Positions 1 through 9,250 of a stretch of DNA of 32,000 nucleotides are shown here, piece after piece. Location: assembly GCA_963704755.1 (NCBI GenBank), contig OY969938.1, positions 4,290,001 to 4,322,000 of the forward strand, given 5' to 3'. The stretch's first letter is position 1. Each line of letters starts with the position of its first letter. The stretch comes from an uncultured Chloroflexia bacterium. Lineage in GTDB: Bacteria; Chloroflexota; Anaerolineae; Anaerolineales; Anaerolineaceae. The position numbers were made by a program, and so were the translations under genes. The notes beneath the pieces are model-generated. The model was given only the letters and a program-made list of their open reading frames with translations, was not told the DNA's origin and did no database searches.

Positions 1-561
1 CGCTGGCGTCCTGGCGAAAATCGTAACGCATAACCGGGCGGGGCGGCGTATAGCGGGCGACGACCTTGAAGCCGGCTCGCTCAAAGGTGGTCGCATAGCC
101 TGTGCCGGATGCGCTGGGCGTCAAGGCCGCATCCAGGGGATAGGCTTCCAGGGCAGGGGCGCCGGCGCGCCTGGCGGCGTCTATGGCGGCGAGGATCAAA
201 GCAGAGGTGATGCCTTGTTTGCGATAGCCTTTGCGGATATAGAAGCATGAAATCGACCAGACCGGCGCATCGTCCACGCGCCGGAGCCGCCAGGTTTGGT
301 CCAGCCAGGGTAAGTCGTCGCGTGGGGTAAGCTGGCACCAGCCTACGGCCCGGCCGGCCTTAAGGGCCAGCAAACCCGGCGGCGGGCCGGCATTGACCAG
401 ATCCTGAAAGTCCGCCTTGTTCAACTCGCGCGGGCGACGGCGGTATTTATTCCCGATGCGCCAATACATGCACCAGCAGCGGCTGACCGGTCCTCCCGCG
501 CTGAAAAGCTCTTCTAGCGCAGGCCACAAGTCAGGGGTGAGAGGCTGGATGGTGAGTTTCA
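1..561 (-). CDS. GNAT family N-acetyltransferase; the C-terminal end runs off the window, so it has no stop here and is absent from the ORF track
   Basis: Manual translation from the ATG at 561-559 gives MKLTIQPLTPDLWPALEELFSAGGPVSRCWCMYWRIGNKY...SCFYIRKGYRKQGITSALILAAIDAARRAGAPALEAYP. The frame stays open to position 1. RKQGITSAL fits the acetyl-CoA binding motif. The listed 81..338 ORF is out of frame inside this gene. Confidence 0.8.
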
Positions 562-779
562 TTTAATTTCCCGGAATTTTTGTAATACGGCAATTTAACG
601 GTATATTAAAGTAAGTACGGGAACGATTTATTAGCGAATTCAGGGGCGCCTTTCCTGTCTTTCCAGCGTTATTCTACCAAGAAGAAGACACCCGGTGCAT
701 TTATTGGATGATGCACCACGATCACACCAGGACGAAAATTTGCCTGCCCAGGAGATTATCCTTTCTGAATTGAGGCCTC

Positions 780-1835
780 ATGCACAGAATTAAAATCAAG
801 CCGGAGCGGATCGAAGATCTGCCCAGGCGGATCGGTATCCTCTACAGCGATGTGCGCCGCGAATATTTTGCGACCGAGGCACAATACATCACCGAGAAAG
901 ACGCGGACAAAGACGCCGAACTGATCGGAAAATACCTGGAGGCCTTGGACGTAGCGGTGTTTTTGTACGCCGGCAGCGCCGATTTACCCTCCCTTCTGGA
1001 CCACGACCGCCCCGACGTGGTTTTAAACCTGGTCGATTCGGTCAAGGGCGATGAAAGCCTGTCTTCGGCCATTCCGGGCGTGTTGGAACTGCTGGGTGTA
1101 CCGTACACCGGCGCCGACATCCTGGGGCTGTCGCTGGATACCAACAAGTTTCTGGTCAAGAAACTGCTCCAGCAAAACGGGATTCCGGTACCGCAGTACC
1201 AGCTCTTCAACAGCCCCAGCGATTATATCGATCCGACTTTGCGCTACCCGCTTATCTCCAAATTGAACTCGATCCACGGAGCCGTGGAAATTACCGCCGA
1301 TGCGATATCCGAAAACGAGAAGCATTTACGCGACCGGCTCAAATTCCTGATCCAGACCTACAAACAACCCGTGCTGGTGGAAGAGTTCATCGCCGGGCAG
1401 GAAATCACGGCCATTTTGCTGGAGGGCATGATCAAAAAGGTTTACCTGGCCGAACGGGTCTTTATCAAACCGGAAGAGAAATACGTATACACTACCTTCG
1501 AGGATCAGTGGCTGCTGCCCGGTAGTACAACCTTCCGTTACGATAAATTCGACGACCCGATCCTGAAAGAATACGTCAAAAAAGCCTTTGAAGTCACCAA
1601 TATGTACGATTATGGCAAGTTTGACGTCCGTCTCGACCAATCCGGCCGTTATTTCTTTATCGATACCAACTGCAACCCGGCTTTCGGCCCCAAAGAACTG
1701 GACATGGCCTTGTCTGTGATCCTGGATATGTATGGCATCCCTTTTCCGGAAATCCTGAAACGCCTGTTGTTGAATACCGTCCGGGATGCCGTGGGTCGAG
1801 AGCGGCTGCCGTTGCCGGCAGAGGATGAGGCCTAG
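780..1835 (+). CDS. ATP-grasp ligase, D-alanine--D-alanine ligase-like family
   Basis: 351 aa ORF. It has the Ddl-like layout: an N-terminal pre-ATP-grasp part (RIGILYS...), then LGVPYTG, KxxxKxLLxxxGIPVP, LVEEFIAGQEIT and FIDTNCNPAFGP. Confidence 0.8.
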   Translation: MHRIKIKPERIEDLPRRIGILYSDVRREYFATEAQYITEKDADKDAELIGKYLEALDVAVFLYAGSADLPSLLDHDRPDVVLNLVDSVKGDESLSSAIPGVLELLGVPYTGADILGLSLDTNKFLVKKLLQQNGIPVPQYQLFNSPSDYIDPTLRYPLISKLNSIHGAVEITADAISENEKHLRDRLKFLIQTYKQPVLVEEFIAGQEITAILLEGMIKKVYLAERVFIKPEEKYVYTTFEDQWLLPGSTTFRYDKFDDPILKEYVKKAFEVTNMYDYGKFDVRLDQSGRYFFIDTNCNPAFGPKELDMALSVILDMYGIPFPEILKRLLLNTVRDAVGRERLPLPAEDEA

Positions 1836-1838
1836 CCG

Positions 1839-2226
1839 TTATTTCGGCGGGTTGGCGCTCTGTGAGATCGACAGGATGTTGCCTTCACTGTCTTTGAACC
1901 AGGCGCCTTTTTCATCGCCCATCACAGCAACCCCATTTACGGTTTTCAACCCGGGAAAATCATATTCCTCGAAAACAACACCGCGGCTGCGCAGGTCTTG
2001 CATGTCCTGTTCCAGGTTTTCGGTCTCCCAACTGGCCAGGGTGTGCTGGGCAGTACCGGCAAATTGGGTGGTATAGAGGAACAGCCAGGAGTTCCTTGCA
2101 GCGGAAAAACACGCCGGCCGGGCTCTCGTTTTGGGGCGTGAGCCCCAGTTTTTCGGTATAAAACTTTTTGGCGCGGGCAAAATCGATAGCGGGGATGGTG
2201 GGGACAACTTTCAAGTTGGATAACAT
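1839..2226 (-). pseudogene. VOC/glyoxalase-family protein interrupted by a 1-nt frameshift near 2088-2095
   Basis: The N-terminal 45 aa (MLSNLKVVPTIPAIDFARAKKFYTEKLGLTPQNESPAGVFFRCKE) lie in the frame starting at 2226. The C-terminal ~84 aa (NSWLFLYTTQFAGTAQHTLASWETENLEQDMQDLRSRGVVFEEYDFPGLKTVNGVAVMGDEKGAWFKDSEGNILSISQ) lie in the frame of ORF 1839..2207. Joined, they make one normal ~128 aa VOC protein. Confidence 0.75.
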
Positions 2227-2425
2227 CCGTTACCTCCATAATCCTTGCCATTGGGTGGCAATCCGCGATGAGAGAAAAAAAGTGGATAAATGCAATCGGG
2301 CACAGATAACTCTGGCGATATAGCCTGTGATCCGCACAGCGATTGCGACGTCATTAGAGTATAGCAAAATCAGGATAAAATGTATCCTATATGTTTAATA
2401 TGAATTTGCCTGTCCTTACACAATG

Positions 2426-2459
2426 AATAAGAGCGGGCTTGGTCTGGAGACCGGCCCGA
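2426..2459 (+). repeat. 34-nt conserved hairpin motif, copy 1 (copy 2 at 17884..17917)
   Basis: aataagagcgggcttggtctggagaccggcccga matches copy 2 at 31/34 positions. It folds as cgggc-tt-ggtct-gg-agacc-g-gcccg. Confidence 0.6.
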
Positions 2460-2641
2460 ACACCGGCAAAGCTTGTTCGCCGATACTCATCCCCGCCTTC
2501 CTTTTGGGTGGAAAGGTGTTGAACCTATGTTCATCAAGAAAAATCCCCTCCACAACCGCTACATCCTAAAAGCTAACTGCTAACCCCTATTCGCACTAAC
2601 ATAACTCTTACACAATGCATGGGCAATGTTAATATTCACAA

Positions 2642-2650
2642 TGCTATAAT
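2642..2650 (+). promoter_or_regulatory. Possible extended -10 promoter (TGCTATAAT) for clpC; no good -35
   Basis: The sequence is TGcTATAAT at 2642-2650, about 165 nt upstream of the clpC ATG. There is no TTGACA-like hexamer at the proper spacing. Confidence 0.3.
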
Positions 2651-2700
2651 TACAGCAATTAAACAGTTTTTTGGGTAACTGCTCAGCCGATGGGGTTGAA

Positions 2701-2756
2701 TCTGGAATTTGAAGTGATTGTGAAGGCCTGGCTTCCACAAACACCTCAAATTCAGA
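2701..2756. repeat. Degenerate long palindrome of the GAATTTGAGGTG family (H1), in the clpC leader
   Basis: Arms are tctggaatttgaagtgattgtgaagg / cttccacaaacacctcaaattcaga. The right arm is nearly identical to the arm of the 25794..25850 palindrome (gaatttgaggtgtttgtg). The left arm has decayed, with a bulge and about 3 mismatches. Confidence 0.6.
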
Positions 2757-2813
2757 TACTTCTCACCCTGGACTGGGTAGTTACGTATTTAGTTAGTAAA
2801 GGATGAACCCCCT

Positions 2814-5273
2814 ATGATGCGATTTGACCGATTTACAGAGCGCGCGCAGGAGGCAGCTCAACGGGCTGCCGAGATCATTCAGCGTTATGGACATAACCAG
2901 ATTGATACTGAGCACATTCTGTTGGCATTAATTGAACAACCTCAAGGCGTAATCACTCAGATTTTGGAAATCTTGAAAGTAGATCCTTCGTCTCTGGCAG
3001 AACGCCTGGATTACATCCTTCGCACCAGCCCGAAAGCCAGTATATTTGGCGGCGGAAACGCCCAAGTCCAAATTTTCATTACTCCACGCGTAAAGCGGAT
3101 CATCGACCTGGCCAATGAAGAAGCCAACCGGTTGAAAGACGAGTATATTTCAACCGAACACCTCTTTCTGGCCATTCTTAGTGAGCGCAATACTCCGGCC
3201 GCCCGTTTATTGGAAGGCAGCGGTATCACCCGCGAGCGGGTTTTGGATGCAGTCATGCAATTGCGGGGGGGCCAGCGGGTAACCGATCCGCAGGCTGAAA
3301 CACGCTACCGCACCCTTGAGAAATATTCACGTGACCTGACCCAAATGGGCCGGGAAGGTAAACTGGACCCGGTCATTGGCCGCGATAACGAAATTCTGCG
3401 GGTCATGCAAGTGCTTTCACGCCGGACCAAGAACAACCCGGTATTGATCGGCGAAGCTGGTGTGGGTAAAACTGCCATCGTCGAAGGGCTGGCGCAAAAG
3501 ATCGCGTCCAACGATGTGCCCGAGATTCTGATGGGTAAAAAGGTCGTTTCGCTCGATTTGGGCGCAATGATCGCCGGCAGCCGCTTCCGTGGTGAGTTCG
3601 AGGAACGCCTCAAGGCCGCGATCGAGGAAGTCCAGCGATCCGAAGGCGAAATTATCCTGTTCATCGACGAGCTGCATACGGTTGTGGGCGCCGGGGCTGC
3701 CCAAGGTGCCATGGATGCCTCCAACATGCTCAAGCCGGCCCTGGCCCGTGGGGAACTACAATGTATAGGCGCGACCACCCTGGACGAATTCCACAAGCAT
3801 ATTGAGAAGGATTCGGCCCTGGAACGCCGGTTTGCCCCGGTGTATGTGGAAGAGCCGACCATCGAAGATACGATCCTGATGCTGCAAGGCCTGCGCGATC
3901 GCTACGAAGCCCATCACAAAGTCCATTTTGCCGACGATGCCCTGGTCGCTGCCGTGCGCCTGTCTGCCCAGTATGTCACCGACCGGCACCTGCCGGATAA
4001 AGCCATCGATTTGATGGATGAGGCAGCGGCCAAGCTGCGGGTCGCGTTGTTCTCTTTGCCGCCCGACTTGAAGGAAATGAAGACCGAGCTGGAAAAACTT
4101 TCGGCAGAAGAGGAAAAGGCCGGCGTCGAGCGCGATTACGAACGGGCTGCCAGCAAAAAAGCTGAGCGCCTGCGCATGGAAGAAGAATTCAACCAAAAAC
4201 GGGACCTGTGGGAAGCCGAACACAAGCTGGACGAAGTGGTCGATGTGGACGACATTGCCCAGGTAGTGGCCCAATGGACCGGCATCCCGGTCAGCCAGAT
4301 GATGGAATCTGAAGCGGAACGCCTGCTGCACATGGAAGAACGCCTGGAAGAGCGGGTGATTGGCCAGAACGCGGCCATCCATGCTATTTCGGATGCGATC
4401 CGCCGGGCGCGGGCCGGGTTGAAAGATCCGCGCCGGCCCATTGGTTCGTTTATCTTTATCGGCCCTTCAGGCGTTGGTAAGACCGAACTGGCCAAAGCGT
4501 TGGCCGAGTTCATGTTTGGCGATGAAGAAGCTATGGTGCGGCTGGATATGTCCGAGTACCGCGAGCAGCACACCGTTTCGCGCCTGTTCGGTGCCCCTCC
4601 GGGATATGTTGGTTACGAAGAAGGCGGCCAACTGACCGAAGCGGTCCGCCGCCGGCCTTACCGGGTGATCCTTTTCGACGAAATCGAAAAAGCGCACCCC
4701 GAAGTCTGGAATGCACTGTTGCAGATCCTGGACGACGGCCGGTTAACCGATGGCCAGGGCCAGGTGGTCGATTTTCGCAATACGGTTTTGATTATGACCA
4801 GCAACCTGGGAACCGAGTTTGTCCGCCAGGGTGGCACACTGGGCTTCTTGCAAGAGGCCAAGAGCGAAGAAGATCGCGCTCAGCACGAGAAGATCGATAA
4901 AGCGCTGAAAACCACCTTCCGGCCAGAATTCCTCAACCGGATCGACGAGATCATCATGTTCTCGCCGATCTCGACAGATCAGATGTATGAGATCGTGGAT
5001 CTGCAAATGACTGAGGTACGTGACCGGCTGAAGGAGCATGGCCTGAGCGTCGAATTGACCGCGGCTGCACGGAAATGGCTGGCCGAAGTTGGTTACGACC
5101 CGGCTTTCGGCGCCCGCCCGCTGCGGCGCGCATTACAGAAACACGTCGAAAGCCCGCTTTCGATCAGCGTCCTTTCGGGCCAGTTCCAGAAAGGCGATAC
5201 GGTTATCGCAGACTACGACGAAGAAGAAAAAGGCATGGTCTTTCATAAAGCAATCGAAGTCCAGGTAGCCTAA
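2814..5273 (+). CDS. clpC: ATP-dependent Clp protease ATP-binding subunit ClpC (class I AAA+ unfoldase)
   Basis: 819 aa. It has N-terminal Clp_N repeats and two NBDs (GEAGVGKT / ILFIDELH; GPSGVGKT / [10 protein letters not shown]). The middle domain is short and carries a UVR-like [16 protein letters not shown]. An LGF tripeptide (GGTLGFLQE) fits a ClpP-docking loop. Length and middle domain favour ClpC over ClpB. Confidence 0.9.
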   Translation: MMRFDRFTERAQEAAQRAAEIIQRYGHNQIDTEHILLALIEQPQGVITQILEILKVDPSSLAERLDYILRTSPKASIFGGGNAQVQIFITPRVKRIIDLANEEANRLKDEYISTEHLFLAILSERNTPAARLLEGSGITRERVLDAVMQLRGGQRVTDPQAETRYRTLEKYSRDLTQMGREGKLDPVIGRDNEILRVMQVLSRRTKNNPVLIGEAGVGKTAIVEGLAQKIASNDVPEILMGKKVVSLDLGAMIAGSRFRGEFEERLKAAIEEVQRSEGEIILFIDELHTVVGAGAAQGAMDASNMLKPALARGELQCIGATTLDEFHKHIEKDSALERRFAPVYVEEPTIEDTILMLQGLRDRYEAHHKVHFADDALVAAVRLSAQYVTDRHLPDKAIDLMDEAAAKLRVALFSLPPDLKEMKTELEKLSAEEEKAGVERDYERAASKKAERLRMEEEFNQKRDLWEAEHKLDEVVDVDDIAQVVAQWTGIPVSQMMESEAERLLHMEERLEERVIGQNAAIHAISDAIRRARAGLKDPRRPIGSFIFIGPSGVGKTELAKALAEFMFGDEEAMVRLDMSEYREQHTVSRLFGAPPGYVGYEEGGQLTEAVRRRPYRVILFDEIEKAHPEVWNALLQILDDGRLTDGQGQVVDFRNTVLIMTSNLGTEFVRQGGTLGFLQEAKSEEDRAQHEKIDKALKTTFRPEFLNRIDEIIMFSPISTDQMYEIVDLQMTEVRDRLKEHGLSVELTAAARKWLAEVGYDPAFGARPLRRALQKHVESPLSISVLSGQFQKGDTVIADYDEEEKGMVFHKAIEVQVA

Positions 5274-5288
5274 ACTGATTTTTTGAGG

Positions 5289-5332
5289 CAGTCCTGGGTT
5301 GATTTCCTTAGCCAACCCAGGACTGTTTTTTT
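5289..5332 (+). terminator. Intrinsic terminator of clpC
   Basis: 13-bp stem cagtcctgggttg / caacccaggactg with an 11-nt loop, followed by T7. Confidence 0.85.
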
Positions 5333-5349
5333 AATAATTTATTCTAAAG

Positions 5350-5436
5350 AAAAATGGGGGATATGTGGTGGCGCGGCGAAGACGCGCCACCACATATCCC
5401 CCATTTTTTGTCAACAAGTGACTTTTCAACGACCTC
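5350..5436 (+). repeat. Composite repeat copy A: a 26-bp perfect-stem palindrome (5350-5375 / 5383-5408, loop gcgaaga) plus a conserved 29-nt box ttgtcaacaagtgacttttcaacgacctc
   Basis: The stem aaaaatgggggatatgtggtggcgcg pairs perfectly with its complement. The whole unit recurs inverted at 20887..20964. Confidence 0.85.
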
Positions 5437-5447
5437 CATTTCCTTAA

Positions 5448-5476
5448 TTGACACATTCCAGAGGGTTGGTTATACT
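5448..5476 (+). promoter_or_regulatory. Near-consensus sigma70-type promoter upstream of gmd
   Basis: TTGACA (5448-5453), a 17-nt spacer, then TATACT (5471-5476). It implies a leader of about 165-180 nt before gmd. Confidence 0.55.
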
Positions 5477-5646
5477 TGCAAAATAAGTGAGTTGCATTGA
5501 GACGACTAAACGTGTAAAGTATAAGGGAATAGCGGGTTTCTTAATTGTTGTCTCAAGAGCATTTGCCAGGCCAATGCGAAGAACAATTGGGCGGGAAATT
5601 AAATGGCAACTGCAGGGATATTTTCTTGCATGGTTAGAACCCGTCT

Positions 5647-6732
5647 GTGGAGGAATATAACTTGAAAAAAGCATTAATCACCGGAATTACCGGGCAAGAT
5701 GGTTCCTATTTGGCCGAACTGCTGTTGTCTTTGGGCTATGAAGTACACGGAATCATCCGCCGGGCGAGCACATTCAATACCCGCCGCCTGGATCATATTT
5801 ACCATGACCCACACCCGAATGGGGGCGAGGTTCATCTGCACCTTCATTATGGCGATGTATCCGTGGCCGAGACGATTTCGAACATTGTCTATAATGTCCG
5901 TCCAGATGAGGTGTATCACCTGGCTGCACAAAGCCACGTACGGGTCAGCTTCGATATGCCCGAATATACCGGCGACGTCACCGCATTGGGTACCACCCGT
6001 ATCCTGGAAGCGATCCGTAAAAGTGGGTTCGAGGAACGCTTTTACCAGGCATCCTCCAGTGAAATGTTCGGTGCAGCGCACCCGCCTCAAAATGAAGATA
6101 CTCCTTTAGAACCGCGCAGCCCATACGCGGCCGCCAAGGTGTACGCCTACTGGATGACCCGCAATTATCGGGAAGGCTACGGCATCTTCGGCAGTAATGG
6201 CATATTGTTTAATCATGAGTCTCCCCGGCGCGGCGAGACTTTCGTGACCCGCAAGATCACCCGTGCATTGGCTGCGATCAAAGCCGGAACTCAAGATACG
6301 CTCTATCTGGGTAACCTGGATTCCAAACGGGATTGGGGGTACGCCCCGGAGTACGTCGAAGCGATGTACCAGATCCTGCAGCAGGATAAACCGGGTGATT
6401 TTGTAATCGGTACGGGCGAGTCACATTCGGTGCGCGAATTCCTCGAAGAAGCATTCAGCTATGTGGGTTTAAAGTGGGAAGATTATGTAAAGATCGACCC
6501 ACGCTATTTCCGTCCCACCGAGGTGGACTATTTGCTGGCGGACCCCAGCCGGGCAAAACAGGTCCTGCATTGGGAGCCGAAAGTACGCTTCCACGAACTG
6601 GTGCGAATTATGGTGGATGCCGACCTGGAGTTGATTGGATTGGATAGCCCCGGGGAAGGCAAACGTGTGCTGGAAGAGCGGTTCAATGGCTGGCACCGTT
6701 GGGAACATCAAGTCATCAGTATGGAGCGATGA
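5647..6732 (+). CDS. gmd: GDP-mannose 4,6-dehydratase
   Basis: [17 protein letters not shown] Rossmann motif, YAAAK catalytic YxxxK, and [10 protein letters not shown], typical of Gmd. The ORF track starts at GTG 5647. TTG at 5662 (MKKALITG...), preceded by GGAGG at 5649-5653, is the more likely start. Confidence 0.93.
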   Translation: MEEYNLKKALITGITGQDGSYLAELLLSLGYEVHGIIRRASTFNTRRLDHIYHDPHPNGGEVHLHLHYGDVSVAETISNIVYNVRPDEVYHLAAQSHVRVSFDMPEYTGDVTALGTTRILEAIRKSGFEERFYQASSSEMFGAAHPPQNEDTPLEPRSPYAAAKVYAYWMTRNYREGYGIFGSNGILFNHESPRRGETFVTRKITRALAAIKAGTQDTLYLGNLDSKRDWGYAPEYVEAMYQILQQDKPGDFVIGTGESHSVREFLEEAFSYVGLKWEDYVKIDPRYFRPTEVDYLLADPSRAKQVLHWEPKVRFHELVRIMVDADLELIGLDSPGEGKRVLEERFNGWHRWEHQVISMER

Positions 6733-6733
6733 T

Positions 6734-7234
6734 TTGACGCCTGAGGATAACCAGAGCACTCACCCCTCCATATTGTTCGTGTGTACGGCAAACCGCATCC
6801 GCTCAGCATTGGCTGAAGCCGTGATGGTCAAATTCCTGGAAGAGAAAGGAATCGATCCTTCCACCTGGCTGGTCGAATCGGCCGGCACCTGGACGTTGGA
6901 CGGTTTGCCTGTATTTCCCGAAGTATTAACCGTCGCTAAAGAAAAAGGGATCGATTTAAGTTCCCATCGTTCGCGATTGATTACGGCGGATATGTTGGCC
7001 GGGCACAACCTGGTTCTGGTCATGGAATCGGGCCAGAAAGAGGCTTTGCAGTTCGAATTTCCGCGTTATGGGAACCGGATTTTTCTGGTCAGTGAAATGG
7101 TCGGTTTGAACCTGCCGGTCAATGACCCTCTGGGCGGGGAATTGCCGGCTTACCGGGATCTACTGGAGCAAATCGAGGCATATATCCGCGATGGGTTTGA
7201 GCGTATTTCCGAAATGGCCTCCCTCCAACACTGA
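6734..7234 (+). CDS. Low-molecular-weight protein tyrosine phosphatase (Wzb/arsenate-reductase fold)
   Basis: CX5R(S) P-loop in ILFVCTANRIRS, and a downstream DP acid motif (VNDPLGG). The ORF track extends to 6635 and overlaps gmd. TTG at 6734, directly after the gmd stop and preceded by GGAG at 6723-6726, is the more plausible start. Confidence 0.85.
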   Translation: MTPEDNQSTHPSILFVCTANRIRSALAEAVMVKFLEEKGIDPSTWLVESAGTWTLDGLPVFPEVLTVAKEKGIDLSSHRSRLITADMLAGHNLVLVMESGQKEALQFEFPRYGNRIFLVSEMVGLNLPVNDPLGGELPAYRDLLEQIEAYIRDGFERISEMASLQH

Positions 7235-7237
7235 TAT

Positions 7238-7290
7238 TGATCAAATAAAAACAAGGCGGGCTTTAGCTCGCCTTGTTTTTATTTGATCAA
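7238..7290. terminator. Bidirectional terminator between the convergent phosphatase and treS genes
   Basis: 21-bp perfect arms ttgatcaaataaaaacaaggcg / cgccttgtttttatttgatcaa. The GC-rich core stem is flanked by an A-run on the left and a T-run on the right. Confidence 0.8.
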
Positions 7291-7336
7291 TACCCAGTGG
7301 TCAGGCAGTCCCTTATATGCGATCCACAGGAAAAGG

Positions 7337-8959
7337 TTACTCGTTACTGAACCAAACGGTCTGGTAAGGCTGCAGCGTCAGGCGATAATCGAAGGGGTTG
7401 TAGCTCACTTTGCCGGCGATCAGGTCTTTGACCGGTGTTTCCAGGCCAGGAATATGTAAACTGATTTCGCGGGCAGACGCTTTCAAGTTGTGCACAGCCG
7501 CCAGGATTTTCTGGTCGTCCACGCGGCAATAAGCCGCCACGCTGTTGGTGCCGGTGTTGATCCACTCCAGGCTGCCCGAGGCCAATTCGGGATGTTCTTT
7601 GCGCAGGCGGATGAGATGCCGCAGGAAATGGTAGAGCGAATCGCGATCTGCGATCTGGTCCGCAACATTGACCTGCTCTGGCCCGAACGGCTTACGGGTG
7701 ATGACCGGGAGATAGAAATTCTCCGGGCTGGCGCTGGAGAAGCCGGTTGATGGGGAAGAATCCCACTGCATGGGCGTGCGCACCCCCTGGCGGTCGAACA
7801 GCTCGATGTTATCGCCCATGCCGATCTCGTCACCATAATAGATGATGGGGGTACCGGGAAAGCTGAACAGCATCGAATACATCAGGCGGATGCGGCGCTG
7901 GTCGTGGTCGAGCAGGGGAGCCAGGCGGCGGCGGATGCCCAGGTTGAGGCGCATCCGTGGCTCGGGGGCGTATTCCTTCCACATGAAATCGCGCTCTTCA
8001 GGGGTGACCATCTCCAGGGTGAGCTCGTCGTGGTTGCGCAGGAAGGTACACCACTGGCAATTTTCAGGGATAGGCGGGGTTTGCTCGAAAACCCACTTCA
8101 GGGGTGTAATGTCGCCTTCTTTCAAGGCCATGTACATGCGCGGCATCAACGGGAAATGAAAATTCATGTGTACTTCATCGCCATCCGCAAAGTAAGGCAG
8201 CACATCCTTGGGCCACTGGTTGGCCTCGCCCAACAAGATCCGGCCAGGATAGTTTCCATCCAGGTAAGACCGTACCTCTTTGAGAAAAGTGTGGGTTTCC
8301 GGTAGATTTTCGCAATTGGTGCCTTCCCGTTCGAACAGGTAGGGCACTGCGTCGGCGCGGAAACCATCGATGCCCATATCCATCCAGAATTTCATGATCT
8401 TTTTCATTTCATCCTGGACGGCCGGGTTGTCGTAGTTGAGATCCGGCTGGGTAGAATAAAAGCGGTGCCAGAAATATTGGCCGGCTTCGTCATCCCAGGT
8501 CCAGTTGGATTTTTCCGAGTCGAGGAAGATGATGCGGGCGTCCTTATATTTTTTGTCGCTGTCGGACCAGACGTAATAATCACGGTAAGGGGAATTCTTA
8601 TCCTTACGGCCGGCCTGGAACCAGGAATGCTGGTCGGAAGTGTGGTTCATGACCAGGTCGGTAATGATCTTCATCCCACGGGCATGGGTCTCGCGGACGA
8701 GGGCCTTGAAATCATCCAGGCTGCCGTAGGTGCTGAGGATGCTGTAGTAATTGGCAATATCGTAGCCATCATCCCGCAGGGGAGAGTCATAGATGGGCAG
8801 CAACCAGATGCAATCGACGCCCAACTGGTGCAAATAATCCAGCTTTTGGATCAAACCGGGCAAATCGCCGTGACCGTCCCCATTGCTATCGCAAAAAGCG
8901 CGCACATACACTTCGTAAAAAATGGCATTCTTATACCAGAGCGGGTTGTTGATCGACAT
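7337..8959 (-). CDS. treS: Trehalose synthase / maltose alpha-D-glucosyltransferase (GH13), with no maltokinase fusion
   Basis: LWYKNAIFYEVYVRAFCDSNGDGHGDLPG, NHTSDQHSWFQ, GFRADAVPYLFEREGTNCENLPETH, FLRNHDELTLEMVTPEERDFM, NLGIRRRLAPLL and YYGDEIGMGDN form a characteristic TreS signature string. Confidence 0.92.
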   Translation of the reverse strand: MSINNPLWYKNAIFYEVYVRAFCDSNGDGHGDLPGLIQKLDYLHQLGVDCIWLLPIYDSPLRDDGYDIANYYSILSTYGSLDDFKALVRETHARGMKIITDLVMNHTSDQHSWFQAGRKDKNSPYRDYYVWSDSDKKYKDARIIFLDSEKSNWTWDDEAGQYFWHRFYSTQPDLNYDNPAVQDEMKKIMKFWMDMGIDGFRADAVPYLFEREGTNCENLPETHTFLKEVRSYLDGNYPGRILLGEANQWPKDVLPYFADGDEVHMNFHFPLMPRMYMALKEGDITPLKWVFEQTPPIPENCQWCTFLRNHDELTLEMVTPEERDFMWKEYAPEPRMRLNLGIRRRLAPLLDHDQRRIRLMYSMLFSFPGTPIIYYGDEIGMGDNIELFDRQGVRTPMQWDSSPSTGFSSASPENFYLPVITRKPFGPEQVNVADQIADRDSLYHFLRHLIRLRKEHPELASGSLEWINTGTNSVAAYCRVDDQKILAAVHNLKASAREISLHIPGLETPVKDLIAGKVSYNPFDYRLTLQPYQTVWFSNE

Positions 8960-9047
8960 AAATTCTCCAGGAGAATGAGTTGGCTATCCGTTTAGATTAT
9001 AACAAAGGAGGGGAGAAGGGGAAAAGAGAGAATAGAGAATAGTGGAT

Positions 9048-9086
9048 GAGGCGATCAGGCAACGAGGCGATCAGGCAACGAGGCGA
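9048..9086. repeat. 16-bp tandem repeat gaggcgatcaggcaac, about 2.4 copies
   Basis: Exact copies at 9048-9063 and 9064-9079, and a partial copy at 9080-9086. A ~50-nt polypurine tract (9001-9050) precedes it. Confidence 0.9.
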
Positions 9087-9120
9087 CATGGAAAGAATGG
9101 GGTTGTGCTTCTTTTTGGCA

Positions 9121-9179
9121 GCAAGGCGCCCTTCCCCCAATAGTGGAGGAGGGAGCCGGCGGATGAAGGCCAGCGCCAG
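9121..9179 (+). repeat. C/G-rich hairpin repeat unit U1 (related unit U2 at 9251..9310)
   Basis: Sequence gcaaggcgcccttcccccaatagtggaggagggagccggcggatgaaggccagcgccag. It shares the layout gcaaRgc-cccttccccc-N5-tggRggaRggg-gccggSggatgaRggc with U2. Confidence 0.65.
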
Positions 9180-9250
9180 TTTGATAAGCCAAAGTGCCGG
9201 CTGTTTCTTACCAGCGCCAGGCCAGAGGAAGCTGAAAGACCTACTGGAAA

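Noticed and set aside
81-338. 85-aa minus-strand ORF from the track
   Set aside because: It is out of frame within the GNAT gene that I translated from 561 down to position 1. The sequence is Arg/Pro-rich nonsense.
605-625. gtaagtac half-site identical to the TetR operator core, upstream of the ATP-grasp gene
   Set aside because: Only one half-site is present and no dyad partner exists. An 8-mer match in an AT-rich promoter region is plausibly chance.
3898-3905. GCGATCGC (cyanobacterial HIP1-like octamer), also at about 25405
   Set aside because: I noticed only two copies in 32 kb, which is compatible with chance at this GC content. The gene content is not cyanobacterial.
5351-5475. Small ORF starting at the ATG inside hairpin H2 (MGDMWWRGEDAPPHIPHF...)
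   Set aside because: The first ~19 codons (to about 5408) are the palindrome read through and the rest crosses the conserved box and the gmd promoter. It has no RBS and no conservation argument.
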